Origin: a virus
Lineage: Duplodnaviria; Caudoviricetes
Strand: one strand, 5' to 3'
DNA: 64,000 nt
Virus record (IMG/VR): IMGVR_UViG_3300002026_000146
Span: 6,919 to 70,918 of that record
A program made the position numbers and the translations under genes. Each line of letters begins with the position of its first letter. Position 1 is the first letter of the stretch. Positions 20,395 through 28,060 of this stretch are shown piece by piece. Below the pieces are notes generated by a model that was not told the origin of the DNA, made no database searches, and worked only from the letters and a program-made list of their open reading frames with translations.

Positions 20395-21155
20395 TGTGGT
20401 TCAGCGCGTTGACGGCGTGGCGCGGCGGGTTCGGAATACTGTTTGTATGCCCCACCAGCCAGCAGCGGGTTCTTCATGTCGCGTTCAGTGCGCAGGGACG
20501 TGCGGCTCTTGCGGCGCATGCGCTCCTGCTCATGGACGGCCTGTGAGCAATACTGCAGGAACAAAGCCTCGTTCTCAGCAGCCTTAACTGGGTCCAGAGT
20601 CTCGGTGTCCTGTTTGCGGTAGGCCATCGCCTTCATCCACTTCAGGAGGTGGAGGTGATGTTCGGTGCGAACGTCGGTCGGGGTGCCGGTACCAGCCACA
20701 AGCGGAGTAACTGGAAGACGGCGCACGTGCAGCGCGATACTGTCGGGAGCGATGGGTACCGGGTGGATGCGTGCGGTTAAGGCGTCGGCCCCGAGCACGA
20801 TGTACTGGATCGGCCCGGTCGCGCTGCCCACACGGAGCAGGGCCAGTTTGCCGCTGGAGTCGCGCACCAGTGGAGTGTCGGTGTCTTCAATGACGCTGAT
20901 CTCAGCGCCGTCGGAGACGCGGAACGCACGGGTGATGCGGATAAATGTCGGGTCGATTGGGATGGACGTGGCGTTCGCCAGAACTGCCACGGTGCAAGGA
21001 GCCGATGCGGAGTCTGCAACGCCACCCATGAACCGAACGAGCATGAAGTATGCATCGTTCAGGTAGGTTATGACCTCTTCCTCCGTCCAGAGGTACGGAG
21101 CTTCGATGTCCGCAGTTTCAGTGCGGAACATCGCGATGAGTTCATTGACGGTCAT
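20391..21155 (-). CDS. Putative head-tail adaptor, paralog 1
   Basis: ELIAMFRTETAD...PYLW.EEE...YLNDAY. Confidence 0.65.
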   Translation of the reverse strand: MTVNELIAMFRTETADIEAPYLWTEEEVITYLNDAYFMLVRFMGGVADSASAPCTVAVLANATSIPIDPTFIRITRAFRVSDGAEISVIEDTDTPLVRDSSGKLALLRVGSATGPIQYIVLGADALTARIHPVPIAPDSIALHVRRLPVTPLVAGTGTPTDVRTEHHLHLLKWMKAMAYRKQDTETLDPVKAAENEALFLQYCSQAVHEQERMRRKSRTSLRTERDMKNPLLAGGAYKQYSEPAAPRRQRAEPQ

Positions 21156-21175
21156 GGTGGCTCCAGAGAGTTAAA

Positions 21176-21550
21176 TTACTTCGGCGCAGTCTCGTTTTGC
21201 CACTTGGCCCAGGCCACATCGCGCTCTTTGGCGTTGCAGCTCCAGCCCAGCTCTTTAGCCAGAACCGCCGTGTGGGGCACTCCGACGGCGTTGAACTCGG
21301 TGCGCTCGTTGCGCAGGGCGATGATCTCGAACGCTGTGCAGATCGTGGTGTAGCGGTCGACTAAATTCGTGGGGGCGACAGCTGTGGAGCCGAGCACAGG
21401 CTCAGGCATTTCTGTCTCAGGTACGCAACCCAGAGCCAACAGCTCATCGTGCATGCCAGGTGGGCACAGGCGGGGTTCGCCCTTGATCAGTTCTACGGAC
21501 AGGCCGCAGACCGAGGCCAGCGTCAGGTTCCGGGGAGCAATGTATTTCAT
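21176..21550 (-). CDS. Hypothetical protein in the head module
   Basis: 124 aa ORF in operon. Confidence 0.6.
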   Translation of the reverse strand: MKYIAPRNLTLASVCGLSVELIKGEPRLCPPGMHDELLALGCVPETEMPEPVLGSTAVAPTNLVDRYTTICTAFEIIALRNERTEFNAVGVPHTAVLAKELGWSCNAKERDVAWAKWQNETAPK

Positions 21551-21580
21551 GGTGTGGTGCGGTGGGTTGGGTTAAAGGAC

Positions 21581-21607
21581 GGGCAGGACTCTTGTGAAGC
21601 CCTGCCC
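21581..21607 (-). terminator. Stem-loop downstream of the capsid/decoration genes
   Basis: GGGCAGG...CCTGCCC inverted repeat; weak U tail. Confidence 0.4.
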
Positions 21608-21621
21608 TACGTGCTCAGCTC

Positions 21622-22125
21622 TTAGCTGACTTGAACTTCGGAGACGCGGCTGTCAATCGTGTACTGGACACGAACGCGAACCTTGCCCGCAGTGGCCGTG
21701 GCAGTTACGCCAGCGGTCGTCATGCGGATGTTGTTACCAGCAGCGTTGGAGGCCAACACTTTGGTCAACAGCAAAGGCGTACGCGAACCGACCAGGGCAG
21801 CGTCCAAGTCGAACGCGGACAGGTAGCAGGCGGTGTCGCCAGCAATGCCCAGGTTCAACGTAGCGCCAGCGCCGATGCCGACGAAGGCTTGCTCGACGAT
21901 CACTTCGCCGCCGATGATTACCGCGCCGACAGGCAACGGTACGCAGTCGAAGACCACGCCGGTACCGGCGGTCAGGCCAGCTTCAGCAGGATCAATCGAG
22001 TTGGCGGGGGTAGACCCGAAGGTCTTCTTCACGCCGTCTACGGCGTCGATGGCCCACTCATTGAAGCTGAAGATGAATTCAGCGATGAGGGGGAACTGGG
22101 CAGAGCGAGATGCTAGTTTTTTCAT
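21622..22125 (-). CDS. Putative capsid decoration protein
   Basis: 167 aa beta-rich ORF immediately downstream of the major capsid gene. Confidence 0.55.
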   Translation of the reverse strand: MKKLASRSAQFPLIAEFIFSFNEWAIDAVDGVKKTFGSTPANSIDPAEAGLTAGTGVVFDCVPLPVGAVIIGGEVIVEQAFVGIGAGATLNLGIAGDTACYLSAFDLDAALVGSRTPLLLTKVLASNAAGNNIRMTTAGVTATATAGKVRVRVQYTIDSRVSEVQVS

Positions 22126-22130
22126 GATGG

Positions 22131-22148
22131 TCTTTCTTAGACGTTAGA
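22131..22148 (-). promoter_or_regulatory. 18-bp motif copy
   Basis: TCTAACGTCTAAGAAAGA, 5 nt before ATG 22125. Confidence 0.65.
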
Positions 22149-22152
22149 TTGC

Positions 22153-23298
22153 TTATTGAGCAACGTAGCAAGAAATCACACCAAAATCTTCGACGGCATT
22201 GCCTTCGTAGATGTTGCTGAACTTAGGCTTCAGGAAGCCCAGCATCTTGCCGACGCTGATGGACTGGCTGTTGCCGAAGTCATCTTCGTCTTCTTCCCAG
22301 TAGGGAGCGTCGATGTCAGCCATACCCAGAGCCTGAGCACCACAGAACAGAACCTGCGAACCCAAGAGGTTCAGGCCAGCGCCGTACATGTTGGTACCAG
22401 AGATACCGCCGGTGCAGTTAGGCACATGGCGGAACTCATGCAGCGTGATGCCGTCAACGGTCACAGCGTCGCCGCTGAACAGTTTGGCATTGGTGCCGGA
22501 GTTCTGCGAGTAGCGCAAGTTCTGCAGGTAGGTTGGGTCGAGCTTCAGGCGGCTCATCGCTTGTGGCGTGAGGAATGCATGGAAGTTCTCAGAACCACCA
22601 TCACCACCAACACCGCGCATGTAGCGGTCCTTGGCGTAAGCCTTCAGCTGGATGAACATCTCCCAGGCTGGGAAGTCCGACGTGGCAGCAGCGCCCGTGT
22701 TGACAACGGAGCCGGAGGTGTTACCACCAGTGGCGCTTGTCTTCAGGGTCTTGTTCACGTTGTCCCAGCGAGTCATACGACGAGTCGAAGGCGGGGTCAC
22801 ATCAGCAGCGAACTCCAAATACTGGAGGTCAGAGCCGACGCGGGTCGAGCCGTTGGGCTTGTACGCATAGCTCACACCGCCCAAGGTCTGGAACGCCATC
22901 TGGTCAATGCGGTCAGCAAGCCAGTAGCTCAACAGGTTCTTGGAGTTGTCGCGGAAGCTGAACACAGACTTCTGCTCTGCCATGCGGCCTTCATGCCGAT
23001 TGGCATGGCGCAGCTGGTCGTAGCGGATGACCTGTTCGAAGGTTTGCATACCTTCTTCGTTACCCTTCAGGGTGCGGTCCCCTGCGATACCGTCGCCGAG
23101 CAAGTCAGCAAGCAGGGTGATCACAGCGCGTGTGCCCTTGGTACCTTTGGTGAGTTCGGTCACATGGTTAATCATGGAGCCGTTGCTGGAGCCGAGGAAC
23201 TGAGAAGTAAAGCTCTTGTTGCGAGCATTCTTCCAGAGGTCCATACCCCAGATCGTTTTTTGTTCGTTGGTCAATAGACCAAGGTTGGTTAAAGCCAT
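22153..23298 (-). CDS. Major capsid protein, N4 gp56-like
   Basis: MALTNLGLLTNEQKTIWGMDLW; GDGIAGDRTLKGNEE; DQLRHA. AAGGAG RBS before the ATG at 23298. Confidence 0.85.
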   Translation of the reverse strand: MALTNLGLLTNEQKTIWGMDLWKNARNKSFTSQFLGSSNGSMINHVTELTKGTKGTRAVITLLADLLGDGIAGDRTLKGNEEGMQTFEQVIRYDQLRHANRHEGRMAEQKSVFSFRDNSKNLLSYWLADRIDQMAFQTLGGVSYAYKPNGSTRVGSDLQYLEFAADVTPPSTRRMTRWDNVNKTLKTSATGGNTSGSVVNTGAAATSDFPAWEMFIQLKAYAKDRYMRGVGGDGGSENFHAFLTPQAMSRLKLDPTYLQNLRYSQNSGTNAKLFSGDAVTVDGITLHEFRHVPNCTGGISGTNMYGAGLNLLGSQVLFCGAQALGMADIDAPYWEEDEDDFGNSQSISVGKMLGFLKPKFSNIYEGNAVEDFGVISCYVAQ

Positions 23299-23429
23299 TT
23301 GATGGCTCCTTTCGTCGAGTTGAAGACACTGATCACTTGGCATTGCTGCCCCGCGTCGTGTGTCGTCACGACTGACGAAATTGGAGGTGTTGTCGTAACC
23401 TACCTAAACCGATAGCCGAAATATATCAC

Positions 23430-23450
23430 ACGTCTAAGTTAGACGTAAGA
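23430..23450 (-). promoter_or_regulatory. 18-bp motif copy within a perfect 17-bp palindrome upstream of the capsid gene
   Basis: ACGTCTAAGTTAGACGT at 23430-23446. Confidence 0.65.
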
Positions 23451-23891
23451 TTATTTTTTGTGTGTAACCGAGGCAACCCCGTTGATTTTCTCGGCGGTGC
23501 GTAACCCACCGAGACCCAGCATTCCGAGGAGCACCGGCATCATCTCGCTGATGTCCGCAGGAGCGATGTTGAGTTCGTGACCGTAGTAGGCGGCGACAAA
23601 GAGCGCGATCTTCAGGCCGATCCAGTTCCAGCCGCAGGCGAGCACGCACGCCCAACCGATAGCGGGACGCCACCCGCTGACGAACAGACTCGGGCTTTTG
23701 GCCTCCTCCGCATTGATCACAAGCTGGCCCTTGGCCAGCTCAGTCTCAGCCGCGAGCTGTGCCAGCTCACCGGACTGCTGCAACTTGAACAGCTCCAGCT
23801 TGGCCGCATCGCGCTGTGCGGGGTCAGGCCAGAGTTTGTCGATTACCTTAGAGCCGACTTCGAGTAGTGCTGTGACAGGGTCGAGGGCCAT
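23451..23891 (-). CDS. Holin, GTA 3TM-type
   Basis: IDKLWPDP...AEEAKSPSLFVSGWRPAIGW motif, C-terminal LGMLGLGGLRT. Confidence 0.8.
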   Translation of the reverse strand: MALDPVTALLEVGSKVIDKLWPDPAQRDAAKLELFKLQQSGELAQLAAETELAKGQLVINAEEAKSPSLFVSGWRPAIGWACVLACGWNWIGLKIALFVAAYYGHELNIAPADISEMMPVLLGMLGLGGLRTAEKINGVASVTHKK

Positions 23892-23892
23892 C

Positions 23893-24024
23893 TTAGGCTC
23901 CCAGCGATTTGACCAACAGAAAGATTCCGATGACGACAGCGGCGATAAACACCTGCTTCTTCACACCGGCGATGATGTCCTGCTTCATCGCCTGTTTGCG
24001 TTTGCGGTCGATATAAGTGCTCAT
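23893..24024 (-). CDS. Small membrane protein, 43 aa
   Basis: Manual translation MSTYIDRKRKQAMKQDIIAGVKKQVFIAAVVIGIFLLVKSLGA; not in track. Confidence 0.55.
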   Translation of the reverse strand: MSTYIDRKRKQAMKQDIIAGVKKQVFIAAVVIGIFLLVKSLGA

Positions 24025-24033
24025 GATTTCTCC

Positions 24034-24570
24034 TTATGTAGCCAAGACCTTCTTGGCGATTTCCCAAAGCTTACAGCGTTCGGCGTAGCCGTTCAGCCCG
24101 CCGTTCACCCGTTTTGTGATGGTCTGGAATTTGCCGAGGTCAGCCAACTCATTGAGTCCACTTTTCTTCCAGAACCAACCAGCACTGCGGGACGCATTTA
24201 TGGGTGTCTCAAGCAGCTCCGGGTGCTCTAACAGCGGCAACCCAAGAGCGTCGCCTGTGGCGGCGTAGTTGAACCGCCCGGTGGTCTGGATCAACCCGCG
24301 ACCCTTAAACTTCTTGCCGTCGCCCAGCACCACGTTGCCCAAGTCCTTACGGCCCTCATAGCGCTGCTGCGTGGGCGTCGGCCCCCAAATTTCCCGCGTG
24401 TACCGAAGCCCGCCCGACTCGTGCCCGATCTGTGCCAAGAACGCAGCCTGGCGGCCAGGCGAGTCGATGTCGTATTCAGCCATCGCTGCTGTGACGGGGG
24501 CAAGGAACTGAGCTGCCCTGACCGGGTTCGCCCCGGTACACGTGGCTAAGTTAATCGCGTTCATGGTCAC
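24034..24570 (-). CDS. Endolysin, glycoside hydrolase family 19
   Basis: AAFLAQIGHESGGL..TRE; FKGRGLIQTTGRFNY; ITKRVNGGLNG. Confidence 0.9.
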   Translation of the reverse strand: MTMNAINLATCTGANPVRAAQFLAPVTAAMAEYDIDSPGRQAAFLAQIGHESGGLRYTREIWGPTPTQQRYEGRKDLGNVVLGDGKKFKGRGLIQTTGRFNYAATGDALGLPLLEHPELLETPINASRSAGWFWKKSGLNELADLGKFQTITKRVNGGLNGYAERCKLWEIAKKVLAT

Positions 24571-24679
24571 GCTCCGTGATCGTCAGATAGATACCGATCA
24601 CGCCGACGCTCACCACCGTGATGATCGTAAACAGCGTGAACAAGCTGAAGTCAAAAAACGCAAGGAAGGCTGAGTTCAT
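24551..24679 (-). CDS. Small membrane protein, 42 aa
   Basis: Manual translation MNSAFLAFFDFSLFTLFTIITVVSVGVIGIYLTITERDHERD; stop overlaps the endolysin start. Confidence 0.5.
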   Translation of the reverse strand: MNSAFLAFFDFSLFTLFTIITVVSVGVIGIYLTITERDHERD

Positions 24680-24813
24680 ATATGCCCCGCGAACGCCGCG
24701 AACAGCACAAAGATAAAAAATATGAAGCCGATAACCGCGTACACGAGCACGTCAGCCCCGCTGGTCTCTTCATCCTCAACAACGTGAGTCTTCAATTCAT
24801 AGTCGTCATTCAT
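24676..24813 (-). CDS. Small membrane protein, 45 aa
   Basis: MNDDYELK...VLVYAVIGFIFFIFVLFAAFAGHI; coupled overlaps on both sides. Confidence 0.55.
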   Translation of the reverse strand: MNDDYELKTHVVEDEETSGADVLVYAVIGFIFFIFVLFAAFAGHI

Positions 24814-25279
24814 AGCGTTTCTCCAAAGGTACAAGCCATTTATTGAGCAGGGCGACAAGTACCGGCAGCGTTGCGGCGGTCTTGAAAACAAAGTCGTCGA
24901 GGTAGATCGAGCCGAACATGAGTTGAGCCTCGGAGGGTGCCCAGCCGGTGCGCATGACGATGACAGGGATGTGTCGACCCAGCACCGCTTTAATGTATTT
25001 AGCGCAGTCTATGCCTGCGGACTCTGTCTCCATCACAGAGTCGAGAAACATCAGATCGATACTCCTGTCCAGCTCCACGATCTTCTGTGCCTCCGCGCCC
25101 GTGTAGGCGCTGATGAACCTCATGGGCCGATTCAGCACCACGACTGTCTTGAGGGCTGTCTTCGTCACTGTATGTACTTCAGGTTCATCGTCGACGAGCA
25201 GGATCGTCCACGGCTTGCGCGTGTCGGCCGCAACCTCGGCGTCGTCGTCGTCAATAAAGAAATCGTCCTCATCGATCAT
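24806..25279 (-). CDS. Stand-alone response regulator receiver (CheY-like) protein, 157 aa
   Basis: Start revised to MIDEDDFF at 25279; ILLVDDE, LMFLDSVME, VMRTG and FVFKT motifs. Confidence 0.85.
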   Translation of the reverse strand: MIDEDDFFIDDDDAEVAADTRKPWTILLVDDEPEVHTVTKTALKTVVVLNRPMRFISAYTGAEAQKIVELDRSIDLMFLDSVMETESAGIDCAKYIKAVLGRHIPVIVMRTGWAPSEAQLMFGSIYLDDFVFKTAATLPVLVALLNKWLVPLEKRYE

Positions 25280-25446
25280 GGGTGTTTTATCTCTATTAAT
25301 TTGTCGTGCGCAGCGATGGTCGCTTCGAGCTGCCCGACAATCGTGAACGCCATCGCGCTCATCGTGGTGCCCGGCTTCAGGCTGGAGCGGATGAGTAGGC
25401 GTAGCATGACTACCGTTTCGGCGATGAGGTTTCTGGAAATAGTCAT
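25276..25446 (-). CDS. Hypothetical protein, 56 aa
   Basis: MTISRNLIAE...; 4-nt overlap with the receiver gene. Confidence 0.5.
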   Translation of the reverse strand: MTISRNLIAETVVMLRLLIRSSLKPGTTMSAMAFTIVGQLEATIAAHDKLIEIKHP

Positions 25447-25946
25447 CAGAACCTCTCGATGGAGCCTTCGTTGTCGACCACATTGAAGCAAACGTCAGGC
25501 GTGCGCATTTCGAATTGGGTCTGGCTCCAGTCGGGCCACCAGATGTATCTCGTCTCCAAGCACCACCTCCCCTGCATCATCCCGGGCAGAGCCGTGACGG
25601 AGGACACGGTGAATTCGCCGAGCAGCGAGTTGAACATCCCGCTCTCAAGCAGCACTGACTTGGCCGGGTCTTTCTCGATGTACATCCTGCGCACTGCGTT
25701 GATGGACGTCTCGGAGTTACCCTTAAAGACCCGGGTCTCGAACAGGGCAGTCGCGTTGGCGTAGGGAACTTGGTGGACCAACAGGTCGGTGTTGAGCAAC
25801 TCGATTGGTTTGGGTGAGTAGTAAGACTTGTAGATCGTGAAGGTTAACAGCCAGAACGCGAGGGCGGTCACGATCTGGGCCAGCACCACGATTGCTCTGT
25901 GCTCGTGTTTTGGAGGGCGGAGGAAGTTCGCAAGACTCGTGATCAT
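25446..25946 (-). CDS. Membrane-anchored protein with a probable periplasmic beta domain, 166 aa
   Basis: Start MITSLANF at 25946; one TM helix; WC...C pair. Confidence 0.6.
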   Translation of the reverse strand: MITSLANFLRPPKHEHRAIVVLAQIVTALAFWLLTFTIYKSYYSPKPIELLNTDLLVHQVPYANATALFETRVFKGNSETSINAVRRMYIEKDPAKSVLLESGMFNSLLGEFTVSSVTALPGMMQGRWCLETRYIWWPDWSQTQFEMRTPDVCFNVVDNEGSIERF

Positions 25947-26488
25947 TGTGGTTTTTCCTTGGTTGGTTCGGATGTGACCTTCTGCGGCACGTCCCTCACC
26001 CACATACCGAACTGCGTGGACAGCCCGAGCGCCAGCAACCCGATGATGAAACCAATCGCAGAGATCACGGCACTCGTCACCGCCGTTTTGATAATCCCGT
26101 TTCGTATGTCTTCCCAAAGGGCCTTGCGTGACTTGCGGGCTGCAAGGTCATCCTCCAGAACGACGTGTGAATCAAGGTGCTTCTTCGGACTCTTGTCTGG
26201 GATCGCACGAAGCACCTCCTCTTTGAAAAAGCTCAAGTCCGAGTGCACACCCGCGACTCCTTTGGTGACCTCAGCAATGTCGTTCCTTAACCCATCGACA
26301 TCCAGCTTGACCGAGGCGACGTCCTTCTGCACTGTGGCGACATCGTGCTGCACAGCGTTGACGCTGAGCTGCACAGCACTGATGTCTTCACTTAGCGCGC
26401 TGGTGTCGTCCTTACCCGATCTGAGGGCGTCACGAATCCACTGGTCACTGGCGCGGCGCTCCTTCTGAGGTTCGGTCGACTCGGTCAT
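25943..26488 (-). CDS. Coiled-coil protein with a C-terminal TM helix
   Basis: Heptad VQ.DV..V repeats; AVISAIGFIIGLLALGL. Confidence 0.65.
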   Translation of the reverse strand: MTESTEPQKERRASDQWIRDALRSGKDDTSALSEDISAVQLSVNAVQHDVATVQKDVASVKLDVDGLRNDIAEVTKGVAGVHSDLSFFKEEVLRAIPDKSPKKHLDSHVVLEDDLAARKSRKALWEDIRNGIIKTAVTSAVISAIGFIIGLLALGLSTQFGMWVRDVPQKVTSEPTKEKPQ

Positions 26489-26496
26489 GCTGGCTC

Positions 26497-27456
26497 CTAG
26501 AGAATGTCGCCGCGCATACGTGCGAGGGCTTCGGGGTTGCTGTCAGAAAACTTCCTGAACTCCGCCTGACTCATGTTCATGATCGCCGCTGCCTCACTGG
26601 CGGCAGCGCCGTACTTGTCATGATCCTGGCCGGAGCGGTTGAGGCTCGGAGGTGACTTCGTGACAGCTTTAGCTGTCTTGTCCACAGCCGCTGCCTTGCG
26701 CTCCGAGGCCACGTCCTTTTCTGTGACCCTGGGGGTTGTGTTCGTAGCGATCTCCTGCTTCGTGGTGCGTGGGGCGACGAGCGCTTTGACAGCCTTCTGC
26801 AGAGCGACCGTAGGCGTAAAGCCCTTCATCTGATAAGCGTCCTTCAGCTCGGCGACCTCGGACATGGTCTCCTCGTTGTAGTCGTCGGAGTCTGGATTCA
26901 GTTCTGGGTAGGCGTTCTCGATGCGCTCCAGAGTCGTCGCGTAGCGGGTGTTCTCCACGGCGCGTATCTCAGCGGCGTGAATCTTCATGTCGCTCTTGGA
27001 TTCATTCATGTCGCGCTCGGCGCGGCGAATCTTGGACATCAGCTCACCCGCCTTGTCCAACTCCCCTTCAACCAACAGGGCGCGGTACTCCGCGTCCATC
27101 TTGGCGATGGAGTCTTCGGCGGCGGTGATCTGACTGTTGACGTCAGCCACCTGCTTGCCGTTCTGGTACTGAGCCAGCTGGCGCTCCAAGTCGGCGCGCT
27201 TCTCGCGCTCCTTCTCCAGAATCTCTTTGTGTCGGGCAGCCGGGATACGGGTGTCCTTGGACTTCTCCTTATCTTCGGACTCCGTCTTCTCCGCGTCTAA
27301 CTTAGATGTTAGATCAGCGGCGACTTTTTCGGCGTCTGGTTTCTCGGGGTCCGGGACCTTCTCTTCTTCGAGGACGTCGCCGCGCTCGAAGGGAGTTGGG
27401 CCGGAACCAGAGTCACCGGGTTCGGGTGCGAGCAGTAGGTAGTGCTTGAGGTTCAT
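26497..27456 (-). CDS. Capsid scaffolding protein
   Basis: Acidic coiled coil, IPAARHKE motif, position between portal and capsid. Confidence 0.7.
   Translation of the reverse strand: MNLKHYLLLAPEPGDSGSGPTPFERGDVLEEEKVPDPEKPDAEKVAADLTSKLDAEKTESEDKEKSKDTRIPAARHKEILEKEREKRADLERQLAQYQNGKQVADVNSQITAAEDSIAKMDAEYRALLVEGELDKAGELMSKIRRAERDMNESKSDMKIHAAEIRAVENTRYATTLERIENAYPELNPDSDDYNEETMSEVAELKDAYQMKGFTPTVALQKAVKALVAPRTTKQEIATNTTPRVTEKDVASERKAAAVDKTAKAVTKSPPSLNRSGQDHDKYGAAASEAAAIMNMSQAEFRKFSDSNPEALARMRGDIL
27296..27313 (-). promoter_or_regulatory. 18-bp motif copy inside the scaffold CDS
   Basis: TCTAACATCTAAGTTAGA, a perfect consensus match. Confidence 0.55.
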
Positions 27457-27465
27457 GGTGGGCTT

Positions 27466-27708
27466 TCAGGGGTTAAGTAAGATGGTCCAGTCTTCGGCCA
27501 ATATGTCTGTCTGACTTGCGAGCCACGGCACGCGAGCGCCGGGGGTGTTGACGGCGTCGGTCGGATAGTTCAGGTAGAGGTAAGGCAGGGTCATCTTGCT
27601 GTGCGCATCAGGACGCTGCAGCTCCACCCACATGCCTTTGCCGTTCCAACCGGAGCGGCCTGCCTTGCTGCCCAGCTTCAGGGCTTCTAGTGCTTGTCCG
27701 AAGTTCAT
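27466..27708 (-). CDS. tad2: DUF2829 protein, Tad2-like signal sponge
   Basis: MNFGQALEALK.G.K..RSGWNGKGM...WLASQTDILAEDW. Confidence 0.8.
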   Translation of the reverse strand: MNFGQALEALKLGSKAGRSGWNGKGMWVELQRPDAHSKMTLPYLYLNYPTDAVNTPGARVPWLASQTDILAEDWTILLNP

Positions 27709-28031
27709 ACCGCCCCTTTGTGCATGCGCTCTTTGAGCAAGTACCCCTCAAGCGCCCAAATCTTCTCGCGGGCGTTGGTGTAGGCGATCTTCTGGCCGAG
27801 TGCGCGGTCGAAGTTTTCTTTGCTGGCGCAGGCACTCTCGCCGGTCACGGTGAAGCCGTTCTTCAGCTTCAGGCAGCAGATGGTCACGACGTCAAAAATA
27901 ATGACGTAGTCGACTGCGACGATGGTGGCGTCGATGTCGGCTGGAGTCAGGCGTGGGGCGGTGAGGCCCTTCTCCTGAATCTCTGCTTCGATGCCCGCTT
28001 CACAAGTTCGCGGGGAAGTAATGTTGTTCAT
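27705..28031 (-). CDS. tad1: N4 gp49/Sf6 gp66 family protein, Tad1-like signal sponge
   Basis: LKNGFTVTGESACASKENFD...G..IA...A.EKIWALEGY. Confidence 0.75.
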   Translation of the reverse strand: MNNITSPRTCEAGIEAEIQEKGLTAPRLTPADIDATIVAVDYVIIFDVVTICCLKLKNGFTVTGESACASKENFDRALGQKIAYTNAREKIWALEGYLLKERMHKGAV

Positions 28032-28042
28032 GGGTAGTGCTT

Positions 28043-28060
28043 TCTAAGTTAGACCTACGA
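28043..28060 (-). promoter_or_regulatory. 18-bp motif copy upstream of the tad1-like gene
   Basis: TCGTAGGTCTAACTTAGA, 11 nt before ATG 28031. Confidence 0.55.
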
